Source: Octopus bimaculoides (taxonomy: Eukaryota). Taken from it: a DNA stretch of 64,000 nucleotides. The notes below the pieces were generated by a model that did not search any database, had not been told where the DNA came from, and worked only from the letters and a program-made list of their open reading frames with translations. Shown piece by piece: positions 48,776 through 60,659 of this stretch. The first letter of the stretch is position 1. Every line of letters begins with the position of its first letter. Both the position numbers and the translations under genes were made by a program. The DNA lies in NCBI RefSeq assembly GCF_001194135.2, contig NC_068985.1, forward strand, positions 7,856,808-7,920,807, in the 5' to 3' direction.

Positions 48776-49680
48776 GTTAGTAGAATTTTTTCCTCTCTAA
48801 TTCTAGTCCTCTAATTCTCTGTTTCTATAAACTGTATGTTAGTAATAATCCATCATTGTGACCATGACAATGATGTGGAAGAGGATGATGATGATTATAT
48901 TAGAGAAATTAATGTGTTAGATTCTTTCTACTTTGGTATGCTGCATGAGTTCAGATCTCTCAAAAGCTTGTTTCATAACACAAGACTTAATATAATCCCC
49001 TCGTTCAGAATAGATTTATTTAACTATAATAATTTCCCTAAAGTGCCCCTTTCTAGCAAGTAGGTGTAGTAAAAAGTTATTAGTAGATATGCAGTAGCAG
49101 TATAGGGGTAGCCTATCACTGCATCCACCATTTTTTGGTGATACCCTACTACTTGGAGAAGATGATGCCTCAACACCCCTCCAGTGATAGCCCTCAAAAC
49201 TAAGGGTTTGTTTGGGTTGTTGTTGCTGGTGAGGGTTTTACGAGGTCAGAGTACAAATCCTACCTCAACCATGTTTAGTCACCTTTTGTGGCACCCAGAG
49301 GAAATGCTGGAGTCACCTTCTATGGCACACAGAAGAAATGTTGGGTCTCTTCTAGACCCCACACAGCATTAGAGCAATGTGAAACGAAGTGTTTTGTTCA
49401 GGAACACATGTCACCCAGTCCTGGAATTGAACCTCTGATCTGACGATTGTGATTGCAACTCCCTGACCACTGGTCCACATGCCTAGTGGTTAGTGTGGAC
49501 ATGGTAGTGCAGTAAATATGACTTTTGAGTTTGTGGCCTGGTTTTGACTCCCCTGTTTTGTAAAGGATTTTGGGAAATGTATGAGCAGCATGATCCTACT
49601 CAGCCCTTTTCTTTTTAAAAGTGTCTTCCCCCTTAATTCTAATGACTTACATTTCATTATAAATCCTTATTTTTTTTCAG

Positions 49681-49758
49681 GTGTCAACGCAAAGTAGTTG
49701 CTGAAAAGCGCTTTACCATCCATAAACCTTCCAATGTTTTAACAATTCAATTGAAAAG
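49681..49758 (+). CDS. USP36: USP36 coding exon 8
   Basis: CQRKVVAEKRFTIHKPSNVLTIQLKR; phase 2-2. Confidence 0.97.
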
Positions 49759-50894
49759 GTTTGTTTTTATTGATTTGATTTGCTTCTATAACCATTTATT
49801 GATTGTTGTTATTTGCTGATAATCAAGAGTATTTGAGTTTGTAAAAACAATGCTGTATTAGATTAAATACCATACTATATTTAGTTTCATTCTTCTCCAC
49901 ATTCCAGAGTTTATCCTTTGCATCTTTCCATCTCTCATATATTAGGTACCAGTAATATACTGGAGTTACGTTATACTGTTCTTCTAACTCTGGTCGTTTA
50001 ATAACCTAGTTGAATGGTTCTCAACGAGAATCCACAAGACCTTTGGGGGTCGATATAAAATTTTGTTGTTAAAAATTACTTGCAATAAATTGGCTATACT
50101 TCTACAATGCACAAAATATTTTCGCATTTTGTTTATACAATTCTTAATGATATTTAATTCATTAAGGAGCTCTCTCAACTTTGCCCAGCCTTATCTTATT
50201 CTCACAGCTACACTCTTGGTGCATCCACCTCTGCTACTAATTCAGTCTCCTAGATAACAGAAGCGATCTACTACCTTTATCTTACCCCACTGACAGCTGA
50301 TGGAATCTATCTCCTGTGCATTTTTGGTGTTTATTGTACCTGTGCATTTTCCACTCACAAAAGTAATTTTCCCAGTTAACCTTCTTCTGATATTGTTGCA
50401 CCTTTTATGTGCAGCAATATCAGATTGTTTTCTCGTCTGTGCTACAAATACATAAGCTTACACCGGGTGCATCTTATGGAGTTTCTACCTACACCTTTTC
50501 TACAGATCAAGCAGGGCCATCTACCTGAAGGATTTGTGATTTGTCTGCCTTCCTGCTTACTAAGACTTTGGTTTTTGCTAAGTTAACTCTAAGGCCCTTC
50601 AATTCTAGACCTTGCTTCCATACCTGCAACTTGTCTAGTTCTGAAAGTGTGAATGGCTATGAGGGTCCATCTGACTAAAATAGGAATCTGAGGGGTCCAT
50701 AGGCGAAAAAAAAAAAAATGGTTGACAGCCACTGATTTAGTTTATCATTAAAACTGAACTGTAAATTATTCTTTCTACTTGTTCTCATAATACACTGTTT
50801 GTCTTTTGACTGTCAGATCGCAGAATATTCTTACTAACTGTCAAAAACATTTTACATTATATATTTTTCAACTAATTTGTTGTAATATTTTCAG

Positions 50895-50985
50895 ATTTGA
50901 TTACAACCGGTACTTTGGCAAAATTGTCCGGCACATCAGCTTTCCAGAGAAACTTAATCTTCGTCCTTATATGAGTATTAGACAG
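50895..50985 (+). CDS. USP36: USP36 coding exon 9
   Basis: FDYNRYFGKIVRHISFPEKLNLRPYMSIRQ; phase 2-0; donor CAG|GTAAGG. Confidence 0.97.
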
Positions 50986-52058
50986 GTAAGGGACCATTTC
51001 TATCTTGTTGTTTTCTACTAATCTAGCTTCTTGAATATATTGAGGCAGGGTATTTGTACTATTACCAAATACTATATACATATATATGTGTGTGTCTGTG
51101 TGTTAGTGTGTTTGCCAAAATGAATCCTCATTGGTTTGGCACAGCTCTAACTTGATTGTTTGCATATGTCCAAAGCTTACACCGGGTGCATCTTATGGAG
51201 TTTCTACCTACAATTTTTCTACAGATTGAGCAGGGCCATCGACCTGAAGGTGATTTGTGATTTGTTTGCCTTCCTACTTACTATGACTTTGGATTTGTCT
51301 ACCTTCCTACTTACTAAGATTCTGCATGTTCTTTCAACTTGCTGCTACTTCCTGTTGTTCTATACTACTTGGCAAGACTGTCTGTGGCATGGATGATAGC
51401 AAGTTTGTCCACTAAACAAGGGATATCTGTGGATATGATTTAACTTGGTGAATTGGCGGCATTGTTATGACTGGAATACCATGAAGTGGATGGTTGCTTA
51501 TTTTGTCCTAATTTTTGTGAATGGAAGTATTGTCAGAGAGCACTGAAGTAGCTTTTAACCCTTTAGCATTTACACTAGCCATATCTGGCCAAAGTTCTCT
51601 ACATGTTTTATGTTCAAACTGACCAGATCTGGCCTCTCACACCAGTCCTACAATGTAATTCTAAAAATGACATTGGCCACATAAAACGTGTCCATGCTGG
51701 AGTCACATAAAAAGCACTTAGTATGCTCTGTAAAGTCATTGGTAAGGGCATCCAACGATAGAAACCTTACCAAAAACAGACTGGAATCTGGTGCAGCCCT
51801 CTGGCTTGCTAGCTCCTGTCCAGCGATTCAACCCATACCAGCATGGAAAACAGATGTTAACTGATGATGAAACACTCACATTATTATAATCTCAAATCTT
51901 GCAAGATAATGCATGATTAATTCAATAAGCATTACATTTGATAGGTTAATGTGAATGCTAAAGCATTAAGCCATCAGCTGAATCAAAATTTCTCCAGTTG
52001 CTCAAGATTTCAACCGATAGATTCTTCAACCATTACTGCAAACTTTTTCTTCTTTCAG

Positions 52059-52184
52059 GGTGAATCACTGATGTATAAACTCTATGCTGTACTTGTACAT
52101 ACTGGTCATTCCTGTACATCTGGTCATTATTTTGCATATGTACGGCCTTCCAACCAATCTTGGTATTGCATGAATGATAGTTCG
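52059..52184 (+). CDS. USP36: USP36 coding exon 10 (His/Asp box)
   Basis: [42 protein letters not shown]; catalytic His CAT 52125-27; phase 0-0. Confidence 0.97.
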
Positions 52185-52436
52185 GTAAGTAAATTATTTT
52201 CTGTTTTTCATTCTGTTTTGTATCACCTGATTCATTACATATGCACATCAAGCATTAACATACAAGCTAAAACTCAACTACATTTGTTAACTGAACCACG
52301 TACAGTGCAGATATCAGCTAAATATTAAAATCACTATATTGTATTGTCTGCTGTTGTTGGAGACCTGTGCATTACCATTTGATTGTTTTCTCATTTGTGC
52401 TACAAATACATAAATATCAGAGGATGCAACTATGTA

Positions 52437-52826
52437 TTTTTTATCTTTTACTTGTTACAGTCATTCGACTGAGGCCATGCTGAGGTTACCACTTTAAAGA
52501 GTTTCTAGTTGAATGAATTAACCCCAGTACTCTTTTTTTTTTTTTTTCTCAATCCTGGTACTTACTCTTTTGGTCTCTTTTGCTGAACTGCTAAGTTTCT
52601 GAGATGCAAACACATCCAAAACTAGTTGTCAAATAGTAGTAGGGGACAAACACACACACACGACTGGCTTCTTCAGTTTCTGTCTACCAAATTCACTCAC
52701 AAGACTTTGGTCTGCCTGAAGCTATAGTAGAAGACACTTGGACACTTGCTCAAACAAAGTGCCATCCAGTGGGAATGAACCTGGAACCATGTGGTTAGAA
52801 AGCAAACTTCTTACCACTCAGCCACA
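52437..52826 (-). mobile_element. tRNA-derived SINE (intronic, antisense)
   Basis: Reverse complement of the 46268-46600 family. Confidence 0.85.
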
Positions 52827-52892
52827 TTTTTTTTATAGTTATTATGGCAATTTTTAGCTGAAATATAAGGCATTATTATTACAGTCTTAAAG

Positions 52893-53105
52893 GTGGTGAA
52901 CTAGCAGAATCGTTAGCATGCCGGGCGAAATGCTTAGAGGTATTTCGTCTGTCGCTAAGCTTTGAGTTCAGATTCTGCCATGGTCGACTTTGCCTTTTAT
53001 CCTTTCAGGGTTGATAAATTAAGTACTAGTCAAGCACTGGGGTTGATGTAATCAATTATCTCCCTAGCCCAAATTTCAGGCCTTGTGCCTGTAGTAGAAA
53101 GGATT
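52893..53105 (+). mobile_element. tRNA-derived SINE, second family (A/B boxes visible)
   Basis: ggtggtgaactagcagaatcgttagcatgccgggcgaaatgcttag...gagttcagattctgccatggtcgactttgcc...ggccttgtgcc; fragments also at about 6075-6170, 23340-23420 and 27770-27870. Confidence 0.85.
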
Positions 53106-54545
53106 GTTATTACAGACTTAATTGTTTTTTGCTTAAGCAATTACAATTCAAATGTTGTTTTTCATTTTCAAAAAGAAATGTAATTTTAATGTTTCTGCTC
53201 CAAACTGTGTAAAATGTTATCTTAAAAAATAAATTACTTCCGAAAATATTATAAGCTTTCTCTGTATATAGACTACAGAAAATAGTCTAATATTAGGGCA
53301 TATAAACCCTTGATTTTATTTTTTTGTCCCCCACCCCCTATCAATGTGTTTATATACCCCAATATTTGACCAACCAAAACCTTGGGAGTGGATTTGCTAA
53401 ATGGAAACTGAAAGAAGTTCATCTTTATGTGTGTGTGTTACTGTCTCTTTGTTTTGCTATAGTATGATAGTTGTAATCAAGTGTCACTGTCAAGCAAGTG
53501 GTGTCCTTTGTTTCCAGTCTTCTGTGAAAAGCATGTCTGGTTTTGGGAACTGGTGAAGGTTGGCAACAAGAAGGGCATTCAGCCATAGAAAATCTGCCTC
53601 AACAAATTCCATTTGACCCATGCAAGCATGGAAATGTGGATGTTGCAACAATGATGATGTCTTAAGAGATATTAAAATTAATTGTATGGTATTTATTATG
53701 TATGTGCACACACATTAGTATACCCATGCTGTCAAAGATTAATGCATTTTGGAAATGAACTGGCTGGAACTTTAGTTAAGTGAATTGTCATAATATACCC
53801 TCTTTATATATGACAAAAACTTGTTAAAACACATAATATATTGCAAGGTTAGGCTCTAATCAAAGCTCACTTACTAAAAGTAGTTTATCAATCAATGTAG
53901 CATGCATTCTGTACAAATTATCACTGTGACATGTTCTATATGTAAAGCTGTTACTTAGTGATATATACTTATATCACTGTGTATTTTTATGTTCGGTTAT
54001 AATAATAACGATTTTACATCGCTCTGAGGAGTTAGTTTATAGTGTATGAAGTAGGGTACAAATTTATTATTCTGAAACAAAAATATTATTGGCAGTCACT
54101 TTGAAGTTTCAGCCATCCTGCGTCTAACCTACTCTGATGGACACAGCTAAACATACACACCTGCATACAAAGAACCACATACATGAATAAATTCTAAACA
54201 ATAACACAACCCCAAATTCAATCAATAAAAATTTCTCCAAAACACTTCTCCATAACAACCCACACTCAAACCTCATTACCACTCCACTCAAACTCACGCA
54301 CTCAGAATTGAGGGTATATAAAGCCAATAGTAACTCTTACGCATTGTAGTCCAACAATGGCTTAACTGGCTGAAACTTCTAAGTCTCTGTCAACAATATT
54401 CTTGTTTAAGAATAATATATCACTATATGTCAGTTTTCCAGTATATCAGCACAGAATATATTTTCTAAGGTTATTGTGAATTTGTTGCTATATAAAATTA
54501 CATTACAATTTTCATGTATGGAAATATGTATATATTTGCAATACG

Positions 54546-54603
<58 letters not shown>

Positions 54604-54662
54604 GTTATAAAGATTATCCCTGATAATTGTCAGTGTCTCTCTCTCTCTCTCTTTATGTTTAG

Positions 54663-54746
54663 GTGACAGAAGTGAGTGCTTCACGAGTGTTTGAGTCAGA
54701 GGCTTATATGTTGTTCTATCTTCGTTGCAAAGAGAAAAAAGCTGCA
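54663..54746 (+). CDS. USP36: USP36 coding exon 11 (end of USP domain)
   Basis: VTEVSASRVFESEAYMLFYLRCKEKKAA; ttatgtttag| ... GCA|GTAAGT; phase 0-0. Confidence 0.95.
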
Positions 54747-55159
54747 GTAAGTATTTAAAAAACAAAATTACTAATTTAGTTTTTATTAATAAATTTTGGC
54801 TGCACGTTGTCTGCCAATTTCTTATGTTGGTGCAGGAATTTAATCCTAGTCTATGGCAGTTGATTGCCATTAATAATTATTTTGATCTAACCTCTTTTTA
54901 GCATCTGCCATACAACAGTTCTTTTGTATTTTTTAAAATTTTTCTGAAGAGGAGGAGTTTTTGATGAGAAACAGAGAATAAGGAATCAGTAACTGCCCAG
55001 GGCTGGAATATCTCTGGGTCTTGAAGAGAAATCCAAATCTCTTTTGTGAATATGATTATTTTTTTGATTGTTAGGGATAAAAACGTTTCAATATTTTCTA
55101 TATTTCACATGATGTAGTTGTAAATATTAAAACCTTTTTCATCTCAAAATATCTTTTAT

Positions 55160-55560
55160 CTTGTTTCAGTCATTGGACTGTGGACATGCTGGGGTACACC
55201 ACCCTGAACGGTTTTAGTCAAACAAAATGCCCCCAGTACTTATTTTTTAAAACTTGGTGCTTATTCTATCATTCACTTTTACCAAAATGCTAAGTTACAG
55301 GAATGCAACAAATCAACATTGCTTGTCTAGAGATGGTAGGGACAAATGCAAAAACACATACACACACACACACACAGACCCACATATACAACAAGCTTCT
55401 TTCTGTTTACCGTGTACTTAAATCCACTTAGAAAGCTTTGGTCAGTTCAGGGTTACAGTAGAAGACACTTGAACCATGTGATAAGAAGCTGTAACTGCAC
55501 CCATAGAACTGAACCTGTGACCATGTGATAAGAAGCAAACTTCTTACTACACAACTGTGC
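55160..55560 (-). mobile_element. tRNA-derived SINE, degenerate
   Basis: Same family as 52437-52826. Confidence 0.8.
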
Positions 55561-55862
55561 CAATCTTTGTAGTATTACATGTCTTGCTTATTAGTATATC
55601 ATGAAAGTGAATTAATTATTCATGAGTATTGTTGTTGTGGTGACGCTCTTTCTAGCATTAACGTTTATATTCAAGCATTATCAAATATTAACCAGTGGTA
55701 GATGCCATCAAGTTGCCGGACAGTTTACAAGAGCTGTTGCTATTATTAGCAAAGGGCAGATGTTGGATTTAAAAGAGAAGAAATGGAAGGTTGTATAAAT
55801 AAGTTATAAATGTGTAGTGGTAATTTGCAGCTATATTTTAGCTAACTGGTTGTGTTAAAATC

Positions 55863-56345
55863 AGCATCATCATCGTTTAATGTCCGTTGGCATGGGTTGG
55901 ATGGTTTGACTGAAAACAAGTAAGCTGGAGAGCTGCACCAGGTTCCAGTCTGATTTGGCAAGATTTCTACAGCTGGATGCCCTTCCTAACGCCAACCACT
56001 TCAAGAGTGTAGTGGGTGCTTTTTACATGCCAGTTACAAAACACTGGCATTGTCCATGACTGCAATCTCACTTGGCTTGACAGGTCTTCTCAAGCATGGT
56101 ATAATCGCCAAAAGCCTCAGTCACTGCCTCCCTGAGGCCCGAAGCTGGAAGGGTGCTTTTAATGTGTCACCGGCACGAGTGCCATTTACGTGACACTAGC
56201 ATCGGCCACAACTGTGATTTCACTTGGCTTGATGGGTCTTTTCAAGTACAGCACATCGCCAAAGGTCTTGGTCATTTGTCATTTCCTCCATGAGGCCCAA
56301 CGTTCGAAGATCATGCTTTACCACCTTGTCTCATGTCTCCACCAC
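55863..56345 (-). mobile_element. RTE-associated SINE-like repeat with adjoining RTE 3' sequence
   Basis: catcatcatcgtttaatgtccg...ctggatgcccttcctaacgccaacc...ccatgaggcccaacgttcgaagatcatgc. Confidence 0.8.
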
Positions 56346-57083
56346 TTCTACAGGTTCCCTCCACCATTAGAGACTGGCACTTCTTCACACAGCTGTCCTC
56401 ATCCATACATATCTTCACACAGCTGTCCTAATTGCCTCAGTTTATCAACCGCTAAAGAATAAAAGTCAAATTGGCATTGGTAGGTTTTAAACTCAGCATG
56501 TTAAGTAGCCTAACTAAATAGTCCATTGTTTCTGTCACTCCAATTAGACATTTAATTATGTCGGTGCTGCTTACAATAATTTTAACATTATAATAAATAT
56601 TAATAAAAATGTATGCTTTAATCCTTGTTGATGACTGGTTGAAAAAAGCATTTATATGAATTGTATTTGTTTGAGAAATTTTGATAGAAAAATTTTTTTA
56701 AAATTATTCTCCCTCACGTACCTACCTTCTCACAATATGTACCCGTTTAATCCCTTTTCCACACCATATCCTCCTAATATCTCCTCCTTTTATCAGTGTC
56801 CACTCATTACACCCTGTCCCCTAGTTACCACTTTTCGAAATCTTGCAAAGCCATCCACCAACTCACCCTCTCCAATCTTTTATCTGCTTCACTATACACA
56901 TCTCCCCGTGACTTGGCATATAGCCCTTGCCCCTTCACTGTTACATCTTCACTGTCTTTTTGAATATATGTAGATTGTGTGTGTGTGTATCAAGCCTAAT
57001 TATGTTTATATGTATCATTACCTCTCTCTCTTTCACTCTGTTTGTGTGTGTGTGCGTGTGTATGTCTCCTTGTCTTCACATCA

Positions 57084-57114
<31 letters not shown>

Positions 57115-57515
57115 GTTTAACGTCCGCTTTCCATGCTAGCATGGGTTGGACGATTTGACTGAGGACTGGTGAAACCGGATGGCAACACCAGGCACCAGTC
57201 TAATTTGGCAGAGTTTCTACAGCTGGATGCCCTTCCTAACGCCAACCACTCAGAGAGTGTAGTGGGTGCTTTTACGTGTCAACCGCACGAAAACAGCCAC
57301 GCTCGAAATGGTGTCTTTTATGTGCCACTAGTTAAAAACAAGCACTGCTGTACTACTGTTGAAGAAAGGGAGGCCCTCATTTCTGGCCACCCTTGAAAAC
57401 ATGTCTGGCCATCGGGAAATATTATCTTGCTTGGAATGAGTGAGGAATGGTGACAGGAAGGGCATCTAGCTATAGAAAATTTGCCTCTATGAATTCCATC
57501 TGACCCATGCAACCA
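57084..57515 (-). mobile_element. Young (CAT)n-tailed RTE-associated SINE-like repeat plus an oppositely oriented tail fragment
   Basis: Near-identical to 20162-20400, with (CAT)11 at 57084-57114. Confidence 0.85.
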
Positions 57516-58038
57516 CATATGTACCTGATAAATTTTATAAAATTAATGAAATATTGCTGCTTATCAGCTAGACTTTACACATTTTCCTCTGATAGCAAGA
57601 GGTTTAAAAAGTTTAGACATTTGCACATGCATTAGTGAAATGGATAATGATATCATTTCTTACATTAACCACTGAACTGTGGCATGTACTGTCAGCTTTG
57701 AAGAGTGGTGCAGGCAGAGTTTTTTTTTTATCTTGCCACAAATGTCACAGTTGTAGCAAACTTGAAATTCAACCTAACTATTGACACTCAATCCTTTAAG
57801 CATTTAAACTGGCCAGATCCAGCCTCTCACACCTTCCCAACGGTTGCATTCTAAAAAGAGAAACAATGTGAACAGATAAGCATTACATATGATAGTAATC
57901 TTGAATGCTCCTTAAAAATATCAGTTATATGAAAATTGTTGGTAAATAAACAAATGAAACTATTTTTTAATATTTCCTTTTAAGAAAATCTTATTTTTGC
58001 TTTAAGCAAATAAATTCAAGTTCTTTGTTCTTTTTCAG

Positions 58039-58105
58039 GGAAATTTTATTGGTCCCCAGATGCCAGCATTACAAACTAATTTTAGAGTTGTAAATGGGTC
58101 CCACA
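58039..58105 (+). CDS. USP36: USP36 coding exon 12 (FIGPQ motif)
   Basis: GNFIGPQMPALQTNFRVVNGSH; FIGPQ[LM]P is a USP36/42 post-catalytic motif; ttctttttcag| ... A|GTAAGT; phase 0-1. Confidence 0.85.
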
Positions 58106-59552
58106 GTAAGTTTTCTTTTTAAATTTAATTTTCACTTTTCTTTTTAATATTATAAAGGGAGATTACAAAATGTTTGTCTGTAGTCATCAATGAAGGATTA
58201 TTTTGTTAATGAGATATATATTATTATTCTAAAAATAGTGTTTTAAATTTCAACTAAAATAGTTAAGAGATTTTTCATTTGCTGTGCAGCTATTGTTTTG
58301 ACTAGTATCACACTTCATTATCAATTCTAGTTATATAGCATGATGAGGGCTGGTCAACCTTATCTTGATGAGAATTTAAATTTCTAGATGTTAGTCTCTA
58401 TTTGCATTTCAACTGAACTTTGGATAGTAATTACAATTTTTGCTTGCCTACTGCCTGAAAGTTTTCCCATATAGTTCTTATAATTTCAAGGATACAGTTT
58501 TTTTTTTCTTTGTATTTAAAAGATGTCCCTAATCTTGAACTTTATTTAAAAAAAAAAAGGATGCTAATCTGTAGAATGAAAGTATTGGATCTTAAATGTT
58601 GGTATTAAATTGGAATGCTTTTTACCGTTTGTAATTTCTTATTCTATAACAAGGTAGGTCTTTGTTAGTTTCTCCACTTCCCTGCTGAAAATCTTCCAAG
58701 TCAAATAAAGTTGATAATCATTTTACTGCTGATCCCCTGTGCATTACATTCAGTTGTCAATTTGGATATTTAATTTTCATTTTTCGTTTTCACTGATTAC
58801 TAATTACTGCAAATATTAGACCATTACTGGTTCCAGCCAGTTGGCTGTGGCCATACCTATATTAAATTGTCTTAACTACTGATGTTTACCTTGTCTTAAG
58901 TCATTTTATCTTCTTGCATTTCCTTGATTTGTTGTTTAGTTATTTAATATATTTGTAACTTGTGTGTCTGTGTATATTTGTATTTTATAAGTAAGCACTA
59001 AAAAACTGGATGATTCATATCCAAGTTTTCAATCGTTAATATCTGTCTGTTAAGCATTACATAAGTGATCTTTGTTTTTTGTTTTTAATTTTTTTGGCGA
59101 ATGTATAGAAATGATACATTATAATTTATAAGTGCAAATTCACAATTTCTGTTTTTTCAAACTCAATCTTATTTTAACAACTCACTCTTGAGTTTACTTT
59201 AGATGGCTATGCTCCATTAATAACAAGCTAAGCTTTCAGTATTTCTTGACTTTAAAAAGAAAAGGTACCTTCAGTATTACATTAAATAAGTGATATAGTC
59301 TTGTTGCATTAGATGGGGTAGTTTTAGACCAGTTTTACCAGGTTCTCTTTTATTCAATGATTACCAAGGCATGGAACACTTTTCTAGTACTTTACAGCTA
59401 ATTTTAGTGTCCTAATTAAGCCGTAACATTGCCAATTCTCTTATAGAGGAGCAGTGCATCAACTATACCGGTTTGCTTAATGTTTTAGTTAAATTTTCCT
59501 CATGTCATGATTTTCATGGCTGTTTTATTAAGCATACTTGGTTTACTTCCAG

Positions 59553-60563
59553 GGTCTCCAGTGCTGAATGATGTTGGCACGGCACTTCAACGCAAGAACA
59601 ATACACTTCAGACCTTGTATTCCCCAAAGTCTTTGGTAGACACTGGCAATAGCAATGCTTCAAAGGCTACTCCACTGCCAGACAAACGTGATAAAATCTC
59701 TTTTGGTATTAGTAGTTTTGCAAAAGCAGACGGCACCAAGTCAGCTTCTGACCGCAACAGTAAGACTGGGGACGCCAAACCTAGGATTGTAATGCAGATA
59801 AAAAATGGCATTGTAACCACAATTGAAAAACCTGCTAATGGAAGCATTAAAGTGGTGAGCAAGCATGAAGAGGAGGTCTCCAAGCTGGTTCCTTATACTG
59901 GTGACTCTGAATCTGATCAGGAGAACAAAAGCAATTCTATCTGTTCACCTCCTCATGTACATCAAAAAAACAAAGCTAGTAGTGAAGCCTTTAAACATAG
60001 TGAAAATAAGTTAGATTTATCTTCTAATGATGATAAAGTGGTTTTTGACCAGAGTCTAAATGCCACCACCTCTGTTCCAGGAAACACTCACCTTTTAGAA
60101 ACAACTAATCGTGAAAGAACTAACTCTCGAGATATTCGTTCTCCTGATAGATTTTCTTTATCTTCTTTAAGACACAAGGATTTGACCTTGAAGCTGCACA
60201 GTCGACATTCACAGTCAAAATCTTCTCCTGTGGAAAAAAGTACCTCTAGTACTATTTGTTCAACAGCTACCTCTGTTGTTGCCATTGCTGGAGTTTCACA
60301 ACCCTTAGATACAGCTGCTATGGTGAAACTGAAACCTGCAAACTTGTTTCTTCCATCTCAAGAATCTTCACCTAGCTTATCTTCATCGGCATCAGCATCA
60401 GCATCAACTGCCATCACTAGTTCAAATTGTGCAACAGATTGGCATGTGTTTGATAAAAGCAGTGTCTCGCCTAGTACAAAACCTGAGTGGCAACCAGCAG
60501 GCTGGAGTGTCATAAGTAAAGAGAGTTTGACCAGTTGTACTAGTAGTAGTAGTAGTAGTAGTA

Positions 60564-60602
<39 letters not shown>

Positions 60603-60621
60603 GTAATAATAATAATAATAA

Positions 60622-60659
<38 letters not shown>

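Noticed and set aside
52893-52990. tRNA gene candidates at SINE heads
   Set aside because: A/B boxes are present but there is no cloverleaf, and they continue into SINE bodies.
58340-58416. C/D snoRNA-like spacing (ATGATGA ... CTGA, 77 nt) in intron 12
   Set aside because: No terminal stem and no rRNA/snRNA complement that I could recognise; such motifs are frequent by chance in AT-rich DNA.
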